IMG/VR virus record: IMGVR_UViG_3300038829_000038
Location: 1-41,337 of that record
Length of the DNA: 41,337 bases
Direction: 5' to 3' (one strand)
Source of the DNA: a virus
Shown: positions 40,383 through 41,337 of the stretch, in pieces
How positions within the stretch are numbered: position 1 is the stretch's first letter
Layout of the letters: every line of letters starts with the position of its first letter
Program-made: the position numbers and the translations under genes
The notes under the pieces: model-generated
Seen by the model: the letters and a program-made list of their open reading frames with translations, nothing else
What the model was told of the DNA's origin: nothing
Databases searched by the model: none

Positions 40383-40795
40383 TTCACCACCATCCTGCTC
40401 ACGCCCAACTCAGCCGCTATCTTCCGAATATCATCCGCTCCATCTTGGGCCGTCACGAGCTGCGCGTCATGGACCTGCTTCGCCAATTCTAGCTTGTCGG
40501 CCTTAAAACGGACTTCCTTTTGCCGCTGTAGCTGTTGGGTATAGTTGGCGTCGATCTTGGCGTTGAGTGTTTTAATCTGCGTCTCTAGATCAGACCGCTT
40601 CTGCTCTTCTTTCCAATGGCATTCTTTATCACCAATTCTCACCGAGAGCACAGACTGAGGCTTCGGCTTCGTCTCGACCTCATGCCAGACCATCAGCATC
40701 CCCAGCGCCCCAGTGAGAACCCCTAGCATATACAACCCCAGCCCCTTGAAATAGGGGATCAGAGCTTCGCGTAGTTCTCGCCAATACTGGTTCAT
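40379..40795 (-). CDS. Membrane-anchored coiled-coil protein with a C-terminal HTH-like tail (138 aa)
   Basis: TM helix GLGLYMLGVLTGALGMLMVW, then a coiled-coil, then DIRKIAAELGVSRMVV at the C-terminus. Confidence 0.5.
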   Translation of the reverse strand: MNQYWRELREALIPYFKGLGLYMLGVLTGALGMLMVWHEVETKPKPQSVLSVRIGDKECHWKEEQKRSDLETQIKTLNAKIDANYTQQLQRQKEVRFKADKLELAKQVHDAQLVTAQDGADDIRKIAAELGVSRMVVK

Positions 40796-41112
40796 GAGTG
40801 CTCCTCCTTATCTAGACAGAGCAGGCGTTCAACCTGCTCCATGCAATGCAACCAATCTTTCTCATATTTTGGGAGCGGGCATCCGTTTTGTAGGCCGTGT
40901 AACTGCCCTAATAGTTCCCGCAACCGTACTATCTCCTGGCGATACTCGGCATTGGCCGTTTGCATCAGCTTCACATCTGCACGCAGACCACGACTCTCCT
41001 CGACTTGCTCATCAATAATACTCCGCTGCTCGGCGTCGTGGGCAAGTAACAAGTCTCGAAATCCCGTAAACATTTCATGATACGACAGGAATTCAACATC
41101 TTTTCGTGTCAT
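40792..41112 (-). CDS. Hypothetical protein (106 aa), first gene after the main intergenic region
   Basis: ATG 41112 is preceded by AGGGAGcatgaaca, which lies inside the duplicated leader element. Confidence 0.6.
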   Translation of the reverse strand: MTRKDVEFLSYHEMFTGFRDLLLAHDAEQRSIIDEQVEESRGLRADVKLMQTANAEYRQEIVRLRELLGQLHGLQNGCPLPKYEKDWLHCMEQVERLLCLDKEEHS

Positions 41113-41114
41113 TG

Positions 41115-41154
41115 TTCATGCTCCCTGTGAAGTGGCGAGGGGCGAACTTAATAC
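41115..41154 (-). promoter_or_regulatory. Duplicated leader/promoter-proximal element, copy 2 (twin at 118-154)
   Basis: 41115-41141 is identical to 118-144. The minus strand reads TATTAA..CCCCTCGCCacttcacAGGGAGcatgaaca-ATG. Confidence 0.4.
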
Positions 41155-41158
41155 CAAT

Positions 41159-41195
41159 GTAGCGCCCGTCCTTCGGGGCGGGCGAGGATTGAAAC
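41159..41195 (+). CRISPR. Solitary CRISPR-repeat-like unit (type I-C-like); not an array
   Basis: The sequence is GTAGCGCCCGTCCTTCGGGGCGGGCGAGGATTGAAAC. The stem pairs 41163-41171 with 41176-41184 (8 Watson-Crick pairs plus 1 G-U) around a TTCG loop, followed by the 11-nt tail AGGATTGAAAC. It is a single copy, with no spacer/repeat continuation and no cas genes. Confidence 0.55.
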
Positions 41196-41243
41196 ATGAT
41201 GTCCACTCGCACCAGCCCGCCAACTCCTTACGGCGTGGTTAGG

Positions 41244-41337
41244 ATGCGCCGCCCCCTTGAGGCATGTACGCCCCACAGTATTGACAAATATACCCACCAT
41301 ACTGTTGAGACATACGAACAGGATGACTGCATGCCAC
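41244..41337. repeat. Direct terminal repeat, right copy (identical to 1-94)
   Basis: Read directly. Confidence 0.95.

Overview
This window looks like one complete genome of a tailed dsDNA phage. Bases 1-94 are identical to 41244-41337, so the unique length is 41243 bp and the sequence closes on itself (circular or terminally redundant). The layout resembles a podovirus.

Nearly every gene is on the minus strand. Genes are packed tightly and usually linked by ATGA, TAATG or TGATG stop/start overlaps. Many real genes are shorter than the 60-aa ORF-track cutoff, so I translated those by hand.

Modules, in minus-strand transcription order:
- 41112->34965: small early genes, including a triplicated two-gene cassette and an HNH homing endonuclease, then a replication organiser and the DnaB helicase.
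- 33799-34706: a short plus-strand island carrying a decayed IS1595-type transposase.
- 33441->7965: HTH/small-terminase candidate, TerL, portal, scaffold, major capsid, four consecutive proteins with signal-peptide-like N-termini (one a 904-aa beta-helix enzyme), a lysis cassette (GH24 endolysin, holin candidates, membrane-anchored SNase-like nuclease), tail adaptor/hub candidates, three large virion proteins, and a tail fibre with a collar domain.
- 7622-7960: a plus-strand lipoprotein moron.
- 7308->238: early and recombination genes. These include a 12 x 21-bp tandem repeat, a pentapeptide-repeat protein, an NTase-like protein, a PD-(D/E)XK nuclease, endonuclease VII, Erf and RusA.

I found no integrase, tRNA, rRNA, cas gene or CRISPR array.

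The most interesting signal is a single 37-nt element at 41159-41195 in the main intergenic region. It looks like a type I-C CRISPR repeat: GC hairpin, UUCG loop, and an AGGATTGAAAC tail. That makes it a solitary repeat unit and a candidate RNA anti-CRISPR. It sits among GGCGAGG(GG) motifs that I found almost only in non-coding control regions.

All functional calls come from motifs recognised by eye and from gene order. No database search was possible, so they need HMM or structure confirmation.
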